A stretch of DNA of 64,000 nt. It comes from Selaginella moellendorffii (Eukaryota; Plantae; Lycopodiophyta). Positions 11,387-23,569 of the stretch are shown in pieces. The DNA is taken from positions 4,102,021 to 4,166,020 of the forward strand of contig NW_003314262.1 in NCBI RefSeq assembly GCF_000143415.4, given 5' to 3'. Position numbers and translations under genes: made by a program. Each line of letters opens with the position of its first letter. Within the stretch, counting starts at the first letter, position 1. A model generated the notes under the pieces. That model was not told the DNA's origin and searched no databases. It worked only from the letters and a program-made list of their open reading frames with translations.

Positions 11387-11561
11387 TGTGAGGGCCAAGT
11401 GTACGGCTACGATGCCATATACTAATAATAGCATAGTGGGATTTTGGTAGCCGTCGGATTGGTTTCAATCCGGACCACTCGCTCCTGTATATAAGCTAGG
11501 GTTTTTGGGCTAATTGATATGCACATTTCTGTATTCCTTTTCTATATTCCATGCACTCACA
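11387..11561 (+). repeat. 3' LTR of gypsy element
   Basis: Direct repeat of 5973-6147, preceded by the PPT. Confidence 0.95.
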
Positions 11562-12114
11562 AAATTAAATATTATATATTAACTTCATATTAAAAATATG
11601 AATTTTATAAAATTTTAATATTTAATATGCTTTTGTAAGATCTCATGTTTTAGTAGTTACATGTTAACAAACTCTTAGTTAAATATTAAGAAAATAAAAA
11701 ACAATTACTATGCATTACATGTAGCAACACTTGGTTTGCTTAATGGTAGTGTTATTCCTATTTATTAATCCAATTGATCAAATAAAATTTTATAATTATA
11801 AGCATGTTTGTAATTTATAAACACAAGAATAATCTTATTGCATATCAGCCATTAGATGGTAGAATAAAATAGAATATACTAAAAAGTGTTTAAGAAAGTT
11901 TATAAATTATAAATATATTTATATTTTATAAATACAAGATTAATCTAAAAAAAGAACCACTAGATGGTAAATATCCTAAAATATCCAAACATATTCGAAG
12001 TATATTCACTACCATATAGGTTTGCTTAAGCAAACCAAAAATATAAACCTTATTTATTTCAAATTACTTACAATAATCAATATTGTCATACCTAGCCATG
12101 CACTGTTTTCAATC

Positions 12115-12265
12115 TAGGCATAAGCAAACAATCCTCTAGTTTGTTCTCTACTGGGACACTATAACTTACAGTTCAATGTAAACAATAAAATAATGATGTT
12201 GAGGATCTCTGGTGGGATTGTTAGAGATCTTGGCAGCCTAGCTTTCAATCTTATGTTGCTCCTTA
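12115..12265 (+). pseudogene. Degenerate duplicated fragment of the PNET1-like gene 3' end
   Basis: GTTTGTTCTCTACTGGGACA..GTAAACAA and GGTGGGATTGTTAGAG..ATCTTGGCAGCCTAGCTTTCAATCTT match ~2410-2490 and ~2594-2650. Confidence 0.75.
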
Positions 12266-12563
12266 AGGTTAAGCCCAAAATGTATCATTTTGTTGCTAGC
12301 TTCGATTATTGCTACCTGGAAGATTCTAAAGTTTTTTACCTGGATTTGACCATGCAACGACATCATGCAAAGAGAGGGCAGCGGATCCTCCCACGCTGGT
12401 ACCGCCACGTGGACGATCCAGAAATTTTTGGGTTTATACGCATGCCATAGCTATTTCCTTATAGAAGAGAGGCTCTCTCACTTTCGATCCAATCCATCGC
12501 TGGCATTCTGGAATGCCAGTGTAGTGCTAACAGGAAATAGGGTTTTACGAAGCCTTTGGAGAC

Positions 12564-14486
12564 ATGGCGCTCCACCACGCCGCCGCCGCCGCTACTGCTC
12601 CCTCGATGCTTCAGCGATCGGAGATGCTCTCGGCGCCGTCGGAGATTGCCGCTCTTAGATTCCCGGCGCTCGATTCGACGAAGAATCTCCGGATCGGTAA
12701 GCTCTCTGCTCGAAATATCCGACCGCCTTTTAGATTTTGGCAGCCGGCATTCCTCGTTCTTGCGCGATCTACATGATTCGTGATCGCGATTCCTCGCAGG
12801 TCACAGGCAATGCTCGCCCTCGCCCCGGGCAGTGGCCTCGGCGGCAGCGACGGCAGCTCCCAAGCGCGAGACGGATCCAAAGAAGCGGGTCGTGATCACG
12901 GGCATGGGACTGGTGTCCGTGTTTGGCAGCGATACCGACAAGTACTACGACAAGCTCTTGGAAGGAGTGAGTGGAGTGGCTCCCATCGATCGCTTCGATG
13001 CCTCACAATTCCCTACCAAGTTCGCGGCACAAATCCGGGATTTCTCGGCCAAAGGCTACATCGATGGCAAGAATGACCGCCGCCTGGACGATTGTCTTAG
13101 ATACGGCATTGTTGGTGGCAAGAAGGCCCTCGAGCACGCTGGACTAGGAGGGGAAAACCTGGATAAGGTAACTCGAAAGCCAACTCTACTAAAGCTAAGT
13201 TTTTCTCATGAGAACTTGCAGGTTGACAAGCAACGAGTTGGTGTTCTAGTCGGTTCCGGAATGGGAGGACTCAGTGTCTTCTCGGATGGTGTCCAGTCAC
13301 TGATCGAGAGGGGCTACAGGAAGATCACTCCATTTTTCATTCCTTACTCGATTACCAACATGGCTTCTGCGATGCTGGCTATCGAGCTGGGACTTATGGG
13401 GCCGAACTATTCCATTTCGACGGCTTGTGCTACCTCGAACTACTGCTTCTATGCTGCCGGGAACTCAATCCGAAGGGGCGAGGCCGATATCATGATTGCC
13501 GGAGGCACCGAGGCAGCCATTATTCCAGTTGGTCTTGGGGGATTCGTAGCTTGCAGAGCTCTCTCTCAAAGGAACGACGAGCCTCAAACCGTGTCCCGGC
13601 CGTGGGACAAAGGTCGTGAAGGATTTGTCATGGGTGAAGGCGCGGGCGTCCTGGTACGTGTTTCTTAATATCTCGTCTTTGCTTGAGCTAATGTAATGAC
13701 CACTCCGTACAGGTAATGGAAAGCCTTGAACACGCACAGAAGCGAGGCGCTCATATTTTTGCGGAGTACTTCGGGCGTGTGCAGTGACTTGTGATGCGCA
13801 CCACATGACCGATCCTCGTGCCGACGGACTGGGAGTGTCGACTTGCATAGAGAAAAGTCTTGAAGACGCCGGACTGTCTCCAGAGGAGGTAAGACATCGC
13901 GTATTTTGCGTGACTTTCTTCTTTTTTCCTTCAACTACTATTGTGTGCGCGCGTAGGTGAACTACATCAATGCTCACGCGACGTCGACGGTGGTCGGTGA
14001 TCTCGCGGAGATTAATGCCATCAAAAAGGTGTTTAGCGAATCCAGCGACATCAAGATCAATGCGACAAAGGTATGGAGTTTACAGCTTGATTGAGTTCTA
14101 ACATCTCACGAAAAACAGTCTATGATTGGACACTGTCTTGGTGCTGCTGGAGGTATGGAAGCAATAGCAGTGATCAAAGCGATCACTACTGGTTGGCTCC
14201 ACCCAACAATCAACCAGTTTGTAAGAAGCTCAAAACTTTCCCGAGTCCTGGATTGTTTTACTGAGACAAATCTGTTTCCTTTGCAGGATCCCGAGCCATC
14301 TGTAAACTTCGATAGAGTAGCGAACGTAAAAAAGCAGCACGAAGTGAATGTTGGTAAGCTCATAGAAAAAATCATTTGCTTTTTAGGACGGATGCGACTG
14401 ACAAATTGCTCGTCACAGCCATCTCGAATTCGTTTGGGTTTGGAGGGCACAACTCCGTCGTGGTGTTCGCGCCATACAATCCATGA
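12564..14486 (+). CDS. KASI: Plastid 3-oxoacyl-ACP synthase I (KAS I), multi-exon, with an apparent frameshift at ~13770-13780
   Basis: Transit peptide; KRETDPKKRVVITGMGLVSVFG; catalytic ISTACATSN; YINAHATST; KSMIGHCLGAAG; SNSFGFGGHN; stop TGA at 14484-14486. Confidence 0.93.
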
Positions 14487-15355
14487 AAAGGATGGGTTTA
14501 AAGAGGCTATTACCTCTGAGAATTTTTTGGGAACTTTTATTTTTAAAAATAGAATTACTTTTAAGACAATAAAATGATTTTTATTTTTCCTTTTTCATTT
14601 ACATAGTTGACTTGTGTTGACTACAGTTGACCTTTAGTTATAACAATTTGAAGAATCCCGATAGATTCCTTGGTTCCAATAAAGCTCAAAAAGTTTTGCG
14701 ACCTCGGACAAAATCCTTGGCTTTTAGATGTGAGTAAAGTTCAGAAGGCTGGATTGGATCGAAATTGTCGAATGGTTTACGGGGGATGTTGCTCAGCTAA
14801 CGGAAGAGAAGGTGTCTACAGTCACTGGATATAGCTTTTCTGGTTTTAACATGTCCTCGACAAAGCGAAATGACAGGCCCCTTTTTTCGCAAACAATTTT
14901 CAAGAGATGTAGAAGAGACACAAGAGCTTATTACTCGGCTTGAAAGTCGGCTCCGCATTGCGAGATAAGCTCATGGATTCCGAGTTATTCCGGTTTATTT
15001 CCATTCGTCTCGAGCAGCGCTCGCTTACAGGCTGCGCAAAGACGACCGGAGTCCGTGGAGTGCGTCACCACAGGAGACTTGTGATTGCCTTGCAATATCT
15101 GCGCATTCAATGGCCCGGCGAGCGTAAGCATGGAGTAAGCTTCTTGTATAAATAGCCTTGGGTGTGCTTGGGAATCGAGAGCGCGAGAGATCGTTGTTTC
15201 TGTTTTTTCATTCTTTTTTTCTCGAGCGGCACGCCGGTGCGTAGATCTCGGCTTTCATGTAAGCTTTAAATGGATTCAATGGATTCAGGACGCTCTTTCT
15301 GCTTCTCACTTGTTCTTTCGTTGTTGCAGTGTCTAGAGTTTTGGAGCCGGAGGGA

Positions 15356-15795
15356 ATGGATCAAAAGACCGTGACGACGGTGTTGAAAGCGTTTTTCGTC
15401 GTTGCTGCTCTCGCGGCTTCCGCTTCAGCTGACCCGGACCAGCAACCGCCGTGCAACAGCTTCATGAGCGTCCTGAGCTGCCAGTCGGCGACGATGAGCG
15501 AGAGCGCCATGCCCAGCCCGGCATGCTGCGCCGCGCTCCAAAAGTTCCACGACGCCGACTGCCTGTGCCAGGTTCTCCTCTCGGCCAGGAGCGCCGCGGC
15601 CACCGCCAACGTTCCCTTCAACTTGAAAGCGGCGCTGGAGATCCCCATGAAGTGTGCGCTGCGCACCGTCAGCGCTCCCCCGGGATACTCCTGCGGAGGT
15701 ATTGACATTTCTCTGTCTGCAGACATGTCTCGTAACTTTGCTCGATCTTGGCAGGCATGGTGGTTCCTCGATCGCCTCCGCCAACTTCTACTTAA
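15356..15795 (+). CDS. Non-specific lipid-transfer protein (8-Cys motif), type-D-like
   Basis: Signal peptide; C-X8-C..CC..CLC..C..C; intron 15699-15754 placed 4 nt after the last Cys codon; short tail GMVVPRSPPPTST; TATA at ~15147 and a 5'UTR intron. Confidence 0.85.
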
Positions 15796-17048
15796 AAACG
15801 CTGGAAAACCATCGCTTCCAAGATAATCAAGCAAGCGTCCTTCGTCTCTCTCCAACTGGATCATCTTAGTTAAGTGTGCAGCCATGCCAGTGAATAAAGC
15901 TTGGGCTTCGCTCGCTCTAGAGCTCAAGCGTGCTAGCAACAAATGCACTGTGCTCTCTAGCTTCCATCCAGAGCTCCAGGTTGTGCAGGCCAGCGCCAGC
16001 GCCAGCGCTCTCTTGTCAGCTTCTTCCACAGGATTCTTGATGTTCTCTCCTCGAGATCTCGTCAGAGAGAGCATGGGTGTGGCTGCTGCTACTGGATCGC
16101 GCACTGGGGTCGCTGACTCTTGCTGGCTTCATCGATTCGATGCTCACAAGCGAGCGCTAGCTTGCGATTAAATGATTCGTCTCGTTCGGTCTATAGTGTC
16201 GTCTCGTTCGTGAGCTCTTCTCTCTAGCTTCAAGAGCGCCAAAGCCGAGGAGATTCGTGAGAGAAAGAGATCCAAATCCAAGAAAGAAAAAGATAAGAGC
16301 GTGGACTTTAATTCGTGGCGTAAGTAAGAGGGATCGACGGACCCCTGTTATAGAAACTTTCCTCCTCCGTTCCATCCTCGTTATAGTAACAGGTCCCTGT
16401 TATGTCACCTCTCTGCCCGAGGTGAAAAGTGGCCCTTGGCCTAGCTACGGTTTCACGATTCACGAACGGACGGCCATTTTTTCACTTTTTTACTTCGCTG
16501 CCCGTACCGTTACTTACCACTGCGGCACTGCCCGCCCGTAGAGTCGCCATAGCTGGCCTGGGCACAAGCTTCTGTACGCCGTAGCACTCCGTATGGAGAG
16601 AAAGAGAGAGAATCAAGTTAACCAGAAATTACCATGTCACTCACTCGGGTAAGATCTCCCGGTTCTTACGTGAAGCTCTTTACGTGCGCGCTTGTTTTCT
16701 CATTCATGCCGTAGCAAAAATGCAGTATATTCCCCGCCCAGGTGTACCGCGAGAGGAATCCGGGTCTCATGTTTCCAACGTGGGGTTGGTCTCATGCTTG
16801 CGTGGCGAAAATCTCTCTCCTGATCTTTGGAAAAGTTGCTTGTCTTGATTTGCCGACCAAATTTGTTCGCCCGCCCTTTTGCCCTAAAATGTTGTGTACG
16901 GACATACATTGAACTGGGGCGAGCGTATAGTTTATGTTGTCGCCCCGTACTCTACAGGGTCTGGGCTCTTGTCTGGGGCCTGTCGACAGCCTTGTCTAGC
17001 CAAGAACACACAGACAGGAGAAATTTTCAAAGAATTATTGTGTGGATC

Positions 17049-17051
<3 letters not shown>

Positions 17052-17086
<35 letters not shown>
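17052..17086. repeat. (AG)n microsatellite
   Basis: About 17 perfect AG units. Confidence 0.95.
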
Positions 17087-17087
<1 letters not shown>

Positions 17088-19877
17088 GGAGGAGTAACCT
17101 TTTTTTTTAATCTTGTTTGTGGGACATTCGCTTTGAGAGAATGCGAGTGGAAGGAGAGAGAGAGAGACCACAGAGACCTTCTCTTCTCTCTTTTTTTTTT
17201 TCGTTTTTTAGGGTTGTTTTTGTTGCTGGAGAAGCAGCAGCAGGCATTCATCGGCCTGATTGATCCATACAGCGGCATCGGGGACCGAGCCCTAAACCCA
17301 GATGATAGAAATAAACTCCTTTTTTTTTTCCTCGCTCTCTAAGTCGATCCTTGTCAAAGTTGGGAGTGTCGTGTCCCTCCTTTTTTCTGGACTAGACTGT
17401 TTCTTCAATTCTGCTGATTGTGAAAGCGAGAATGCAAAGGTGGTGGCAGTGCCAGGGGCACGGGGGGCAACAACCAGGTCAACATATTCGTATTTTAAAG
17501 CCCTAAAATCATCCGGATGCAGATCTTGCTTGCTGCACTACAAATGTGCCCCCGTTCATATTGGTTTTTATAACGCCGCGCGCATCTTTGCATGCCCTAA
17601 TTTTGTTTGCCAGGTGGTGGAGACTTTTGTGAGTTTTGTCCCTGCTAAATACCTATAGCTACGAGCCACAATTACTTGCATACCACGTTGGCGCCGGGAT
17701 CATTTCACGGCTAGCCACCGGCTACGTAGACTTAGACCTGACCTGTACGGCCGGGAATACATTGTAGCTGGCGCCAGTAACTACTAGCCAACGTAGACTC
17801 GTCATAAGTAAAAACGCTCCAGGTGAAAAAAAAGAGGCCCTTCCTTTCACCACACTTGAGGGTCGTCGTCAATGCAATTGCGCTGTGGCCTCACGCAACG
17901 CAAGAAGAATTGTATCGTTCTAGGGCATTAGTATAACGTGTATTATAGCTGGCCATGGCCAGTGTGTATGTACCACGGTACAACGCCCCCCATTGCTTTG
18001 CCAGGTTCTCGGGACGGCTTTTGATGACGATGGCCGGCGGTGGTCCCCGGTTCGAGCCGGGGGTGGAAATGGGCGCGTACGGCCGGCGGCGGGGCGGCCA
18101 CCGTACGACGGCGGGGAATCGCGGGTGGAATATTTGCGCTTTTGCCCTTTAGCGAGGTGGAAAGGCTTGGGGGGTAATTTTTATCCCTGGTCAGGTGCTC
18201 GTGTGTGAGGGTGATTTCTTGCGTGTGTGGCGTGAGATTTTGATTCCTCTGCGAGAACAGCGACCCGATCGAAACTCCAAGGCGTAAGAGTTTGGGTGAT
18301 TGAGGTGGCTTGATTCTGTGTGGGGGGGAATTTGGGCTATCATAATCACCAGTGACCACCGCCTGCAAAGCGGGAAGCATTAGCCCGTGAATTATTTGGA
18401 ATGGCATCATTACTTGCTAAGCAATGTCGGGGAATCCCTCGCTAAAGCGAGTATTCAAATAATTTTTATAAAAGTCAATAACTCTGCAAGAAACATAAAC
18501 CTCCAAAGCTGGAACATAGCGTTATATAGAGGAAAATAAAAGGAAAAAAAAAATAAAGAATAAAGATGAGCAAATGTGAGCTTGTTATTGTTGTTTGTAT
18601 GTTGTCTTAAAGATTCCATCCTCCAATTGCACAACATTGCAACACTTCTCTCCTTTTGACAATTGGTCTTACTCTCTCTCACACACACACACGCGCCTTA
18701 TCCACAAAATGCCCACAAAGTACAATTGGAAATCAAAACCCTCACACAGAGCTATCTCACCAACCAGCTCGATCGCAGCAAGTTACTTTGTTACTTTGTG
18801 AAAAGTGAAATAGATGCCGCCGAACATTCCATAGAACATTCCCAAGCATATTCTGTGGAAAAAGTAAGAGACGTACCTAGATTAAAACAAGGTGTATATT
18901 GTGGGCTCCAAGGAAAACAGACCAGAAGCAAGCAAGGAGACATGCCCCCCAACCGACCCACCATTGGCTCAGCAGGCCCAGGTATATTCCCCCAGTTCCT
19001 GCGATGTGGCCCCCACCATGGCCCCCCCGTGTGTGAGCTCCAAGTGGTCCCCACTTGTGCCGGGTGCCGCATGGACATCCCCACCATGGGCGCGGTGGCG
19101 TGGCGGCATAAGTGGGCCACCGCGCGGTGATCTTTCTGCCACGTCATGTGCCCGCCACGTCAGTTGGGACATCCGTAACAACCATACCCATGTTGGACGG
19201 TGGCGATCCCTCCCTTTATCCTTTTAGTGCCCTTTCTTTAGACCTGATTTAAAAGTAATCCCCTCGCGGCGGGATACCTTAACGGAGTCCTAGGTGACCT
19301 TAACGGCGTTTGCGGGGGCTTTTGACGGCGCTAGTTAAAACTTCACACCCAATTGCAAGCAATAGGTGGGCGAGCTCCCGGCTTGGCGATGGACTCCTTT
19401 TCGTCGCTCAGCGCCTCCCTCTAAGCGCCTTGGGCTAGGGTTTCGCGGCGAGGAGGGGTTGCGCTCCACGGCTGGGCGCTAGGGACGGGCAGGGGCTCGG
19501 AATATCGTGTTCTTGGAGGGGATTAGGCGGGGTTGTGCGTTCTTGTTGGATTTCTCGGGCAAAGGTAGACGCGCGGCTCGGAAATTCCCTGAAATTTCGG
19601 GGTTTTCTTGTGATTCTAGCGCTAGCTGCTTGTGATTTGGGTGGAATGGCTTGGAAATTTCGTGTAGGAACGCATCCCCTTTCTCGACGTTGTCTTTGTG
19701 ACGCTCTCTTTCCTGCCCTTCCATCGATCTGGTCTTGTCTGGCTTGTCTGGCTTGGAGTCTGGCTTGGAGTCTCTGTGAGATTTCTGTCAAGCATTGGCA
19801 TCCTTGTCTCAAGATTTCGTATCAGCCGACTCACGATGGAATTTTCTTCGTCGCAGGGGCTTGGATTTGGGACAAGG

Positions 19878-19904
19878 ATGTGTTACGAGCGGCTTGGCTC
19901 GTAG
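19878..19904 (+). promoter_or_regulatory. 8-codon uORF (MCYERLGS*) ending 6 nt before the ARF start
   Basis: ATG at 19878, TAG ending 19904, main ATG at 19911 in the same frame; lies after a likely 5'UTR intron acceptor at ~19856. Confidence 0.6.
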
Positions 19905-19910
19905 AAGGCG

Positions 19911-22900
19911 ATGTTGTCCTCTTCGCAAACGTATGGGCAGCTAGGGACGATGATGCACCGCCCTACTCCTCAGCGTCCACAGCCCAATCATGGTAAGCAA
20001 AGGTTTTAAAGCTCGCCATTGACGGGGAGATAGAGATCTCTCCCGTGAGCGTTTATAAATCCCGTCAAGTTTTAAAGCTTGTCTGCCTAACACCTCTCTC
20101 CCCTTTTCTCCTCGCAGGAAACACTAATGCACTAGACTCGGAGGTATGGCATGCATGCGCAGGGCCACTTGTGTGCCTCCCCCGTGTAGGAGATCGGGTG
20201 GTTTATTTCCCTCAGGGTCACATAGAACAGGTGCACCATTGTTTGGTAGGCTCAGAGGACGCGCACTAAAGTCTTGATGATTGTTTTGCAGGTAGCGGCA
20301 TCCACAAATCAGAGCGCGGATATGCAAATGCCGCATTACAATCTCCCCTCCCAGATTTACTGCCGACTTCTAAACTTAACGCTGGGAGTAAGTTGGTCAC
20401 CCTGGTCTTCCGGTTTCACGTTCTGATCGATCTTCTTCTTCTTTCTCCTCGTAGGCGGACCGTGAGACTGACGAGGTTTTTGCTCAGATGACACTAGTTC
20501 CCGAGAACGAGGTAGTTTTCCATGGTTTCAAAGCCGGTTGCTTACGAATTCCTTACAGCAAGGAGATCAGTCGATTGATACCGAAGATGAGCTATCACCG
20601 TGTCCAAAGAGGAAGCTGTCCATGTTCTGCAAGAACTTGACGTCCTCGGACACAAGCACGCACGGAGGGTTTTCGGTGCCACGGAGGGCAGCGGAGGAGT
20701 GCCTACCTCCTCTAGTAAGCTCGAACTGTCTACTCGGTTTGATAGTGCTTACTGACCACCTGGTTCCCTTTTCAGGATTATCAGCAGTCGCCTCCAGCTC
20801 AGGAGCTGGTGGCCAAGGACTTGCACGGTGTGGAATGGAAATTCAGGCACATCTACCGAGGACAGCCAAGGAGGCATTTGCTTACCACCGGCTGGAGCGT
20901 GTTCGTCAGCCAGAAGAAACTTGTAGCTGGCGACGCAGTGCTCTTCCTGAGGTATGCATTGTATCAGGCCATGATGTCTGGCTCTGACTGACATGGTCGT
21001 GTGCAGGGGAGACAATGGAGAGCTACGGATTGGAGTTCGGCGTGCCGTAAGGCAGCAAAACAGCGTTACATCGTCATCCTTGTTATCCAGCCATAGCATG
21101 CACTTGGGTGTTCTTGCTGCAGCCGCCCATGCAGTTTCAACAAAGACTATGTTCACGATCTTCTACAACCCACGGTTTGTTGATGAAAATCGACTCGACT
21201 GAACAGACATCTCACTTGTTTTCCATATGCAGAGCAAGTCCTGCGGAGTTCGTTGTCCCTTACCACAAGTATGTCAAGGCTTTTACTCACAACTTGTCTG
21301 TCGGGATGCGATTTAAGATGAGGTTCGAAACGGAGGAGTCATCCGAGCGACGGTAAGCTGTCACTTTTCCGTATGACACATTGATGGACGATATTTTGTT
21401 CTAGATATATGGGAACTATAACTGGGGTGGGAGATATCGACTCGGATAGATGGATCAACTCCAAGTGGCGCTGTTTGCAGGTATGCTTGATTTAGCTCGC
21501 AGCTAGATACTTACATCGGAGTTATACAGGTTGGCTGGGATGAGCAGACCGCAAATGAAAGACAGGAGAGAGTATCGCCATGGGAAATCGAGCCGTTTAT
21601 AGCACCCAACGTTGCCAACCCTCCTACCACGCAAAGGGTGAAAAAGTTCCGGCCGAACACTCCAGCCAACGAATTTCCGACAGGCAAGAACAACTCAGAT
21701 TCTGCCCAAGCGATGCATATGAGGGCCTTGCAAGGAAGTCATGCGCTGGGTATGCCCTCCAAAGAGGAGGAAGGACTCCGAGGATCGTCCCCGTTTGCTG
21801 TTTGGCCATACAACCGAGACGATCTTAAAGGTGAAAGCTGGATACAGTTGCGGACGGCAGATGCACCAGTGATGGATATGTTCGGAAATATTATTGCCCC
21901 CGCTGGACGGCATATGGATTCCAGCAACGTTGAGATGCACCAGCAGCTGAGGCATTGTCTGCAGCAGCTAAGGGACCAGAAGAGCTGCCACTTCGACGCA
22001 AGCAATTCTCAGGTCCAACTGAGCCCGAGGCTATCATCTTTCTCACCGTATCAGCAAGGTGACGCTGCAGACCTGCACCTTTCTACACCGAGGCCGACAA
22101 ACCACGGCGTGGTGCGGGATAGTTCTTGGCTCTCACCTCTGGGGCCAACACAAACAGATGCACAGGCCTACGTTGCAGCCGACACGACGCTATCTATGCA
22201 GTTTTCAAAGTCGGAAATGACGACCGAGCGCATGCATATAGATTCCAACCCAGATCACGAACCCCGCGAGCACAGCTGCAAGATATTCGGCTTCTCTCTG
22301 ATCGAAAAGTCGCCGCCAGCGGCCAGCAGGAACCCCGAGGAGGCGAGGTTGAATCCTTCGAGGGGCGGAGAACAGATGACGAGGTGTTCGGGCAGAGCCG
22401 GGCCGTCGGCTGGAAATGGGAGCCTCGAGCACGAGCGGTGTGCCTCGAGGCCAGCCTCAGCTTGGTCGCTGAGAACTTGCACGAAGGTACGAAGCTTCAA
22501 CAGGCTCTGCTGGCGTGACGAAACTAACTGCTGTTTTGGGTGTGTGTCAGGTGCACTTACAAGGCGCTGCTGTTGGCCGTGCCGTCGACTTGTCCAAGTT
22601 CAGTTGCTACTCGGAGCTGCTTCTAGAGCTACAACAGTTGTTTGGACTGGACAATGCACTGGATGACCCCGACAGCGGTTGGCAAGTTGTTTACACCGAT
22701 AACGAAGGCGACATGCTGCTTGTGGGTGACGACCCTTGGCAGTAAGTATCCTTATCCCTCCCATCTCTCCGTCTCTCCTTTTTCTTTGTTTCTCTATCTT
22801 TCAGTTTCCAGTCTCTTTACTTGGCTGACAAGGACACTTGCTTGACTTTTTTTCGCGCAGGGAGTTTTGTAACATGGTTCGCAACATTCGCATCCTGTCG

Positions 22901-23056
22901 CCGGCGGAGGTGGAGAAGCTGACGCAGGGCGCCCTCGGCAAGAGCGCTGTTGTGGAGGAGGAGCCGTCGACGAGGGATGCGTCCAAGCTCTCGGACCACC
23001 AGGATTCGTCGTCGCCGCCCGCGATCTCCACCAAGGGGGCCGCCTCGGATCTCTAA
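19911..23056 (+). CDS. ARF: Auxin response factor, class B (repressor) type: B3 DBD, ARF domain and PB1
   Basis: [57 protein letters not shown] repression-like motif, [26 protein letters not shown]; many short GT-AG introns. Confidence 0.95.
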
Positions 23057-23569
23057 CCCCGTGTCCTCCTTACGAGCACTGTATGATTTTTGCGTGGTAA
23101 GTTTCACAAGGGACAACTTTCCAGGTTTAATCGATGGCAACATCTCGAGAGACACAAGCCCAAGAAGAAGATGATTCTTAGGTGGTGTAGAACGAACGAA
23201 GAACGAGCGAGACGAAAACAAAAAAAGAGAGAGAGAGAAAGAGAGTCTGCTGCTACTGCCAACTTTTAGATGTATGTGCCTTCTACTCTTGTTTGAGTGC
23301 TCCATGTACAAAAACTGGTGCTTAAGTTCTTTTGTGTAAATGGGATATTTGGGTTTTAAGAATATTCTTTGTATCTAAGTTTTATAATCTAAAAGTCAGT
23401 AAAACACCATGGTTAAAGTAAAAAATGGTTTAAGCAGAGTGTTCTTAGGTTTATAAAATTTACTTTAATACCGTTACTGTATTACTTCAACCTTAGAAAC
23501 GCGTGCTCGACTTTAGATACGAGAAAACGAAGAGCACAAAAAAAGCTTGAACAGAACGAACTTACTTAC

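Larger units (their letters stand above)
5973..11561 (+). mobile_element. Full-length non-chromovirus Ty3/gypsy LTR retrotransposon; pol disrupted
   Basis: 175-bp LTRs TG..CA at 5973-6147 and 11387-11561 (~10 mismatches); 4-bp TSD AAAT; PBS TGGTGGAGGTGAGGGGCA from 6149 (tRNA-Ala-like); PPT GAGAGGGGGGGA at 11372-11383; domain order gag-PR-RT-RH-IN; no chromodomain seen. Confidence 0.95.

Noticed and set aside
15880-16230. Alternative GPI-anchor exon, or miR156/529/535 sites, downstream of the nsLTP
   Set aside because: Phase-compatible translations give no hydrophobic GPI signal, and the miRNA matches are too gapped.
17227-17250. miR164-like sequence TGGAGAAGCAG
   Set aside because: Only the first 11 nt match and I found no complementary star arm.
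17955-18152. 65-aa ATG ORF upstream of the ARF
   Set aside because: No recognisable motif, signal peptide or splice support; covered under the non-coding block finding.
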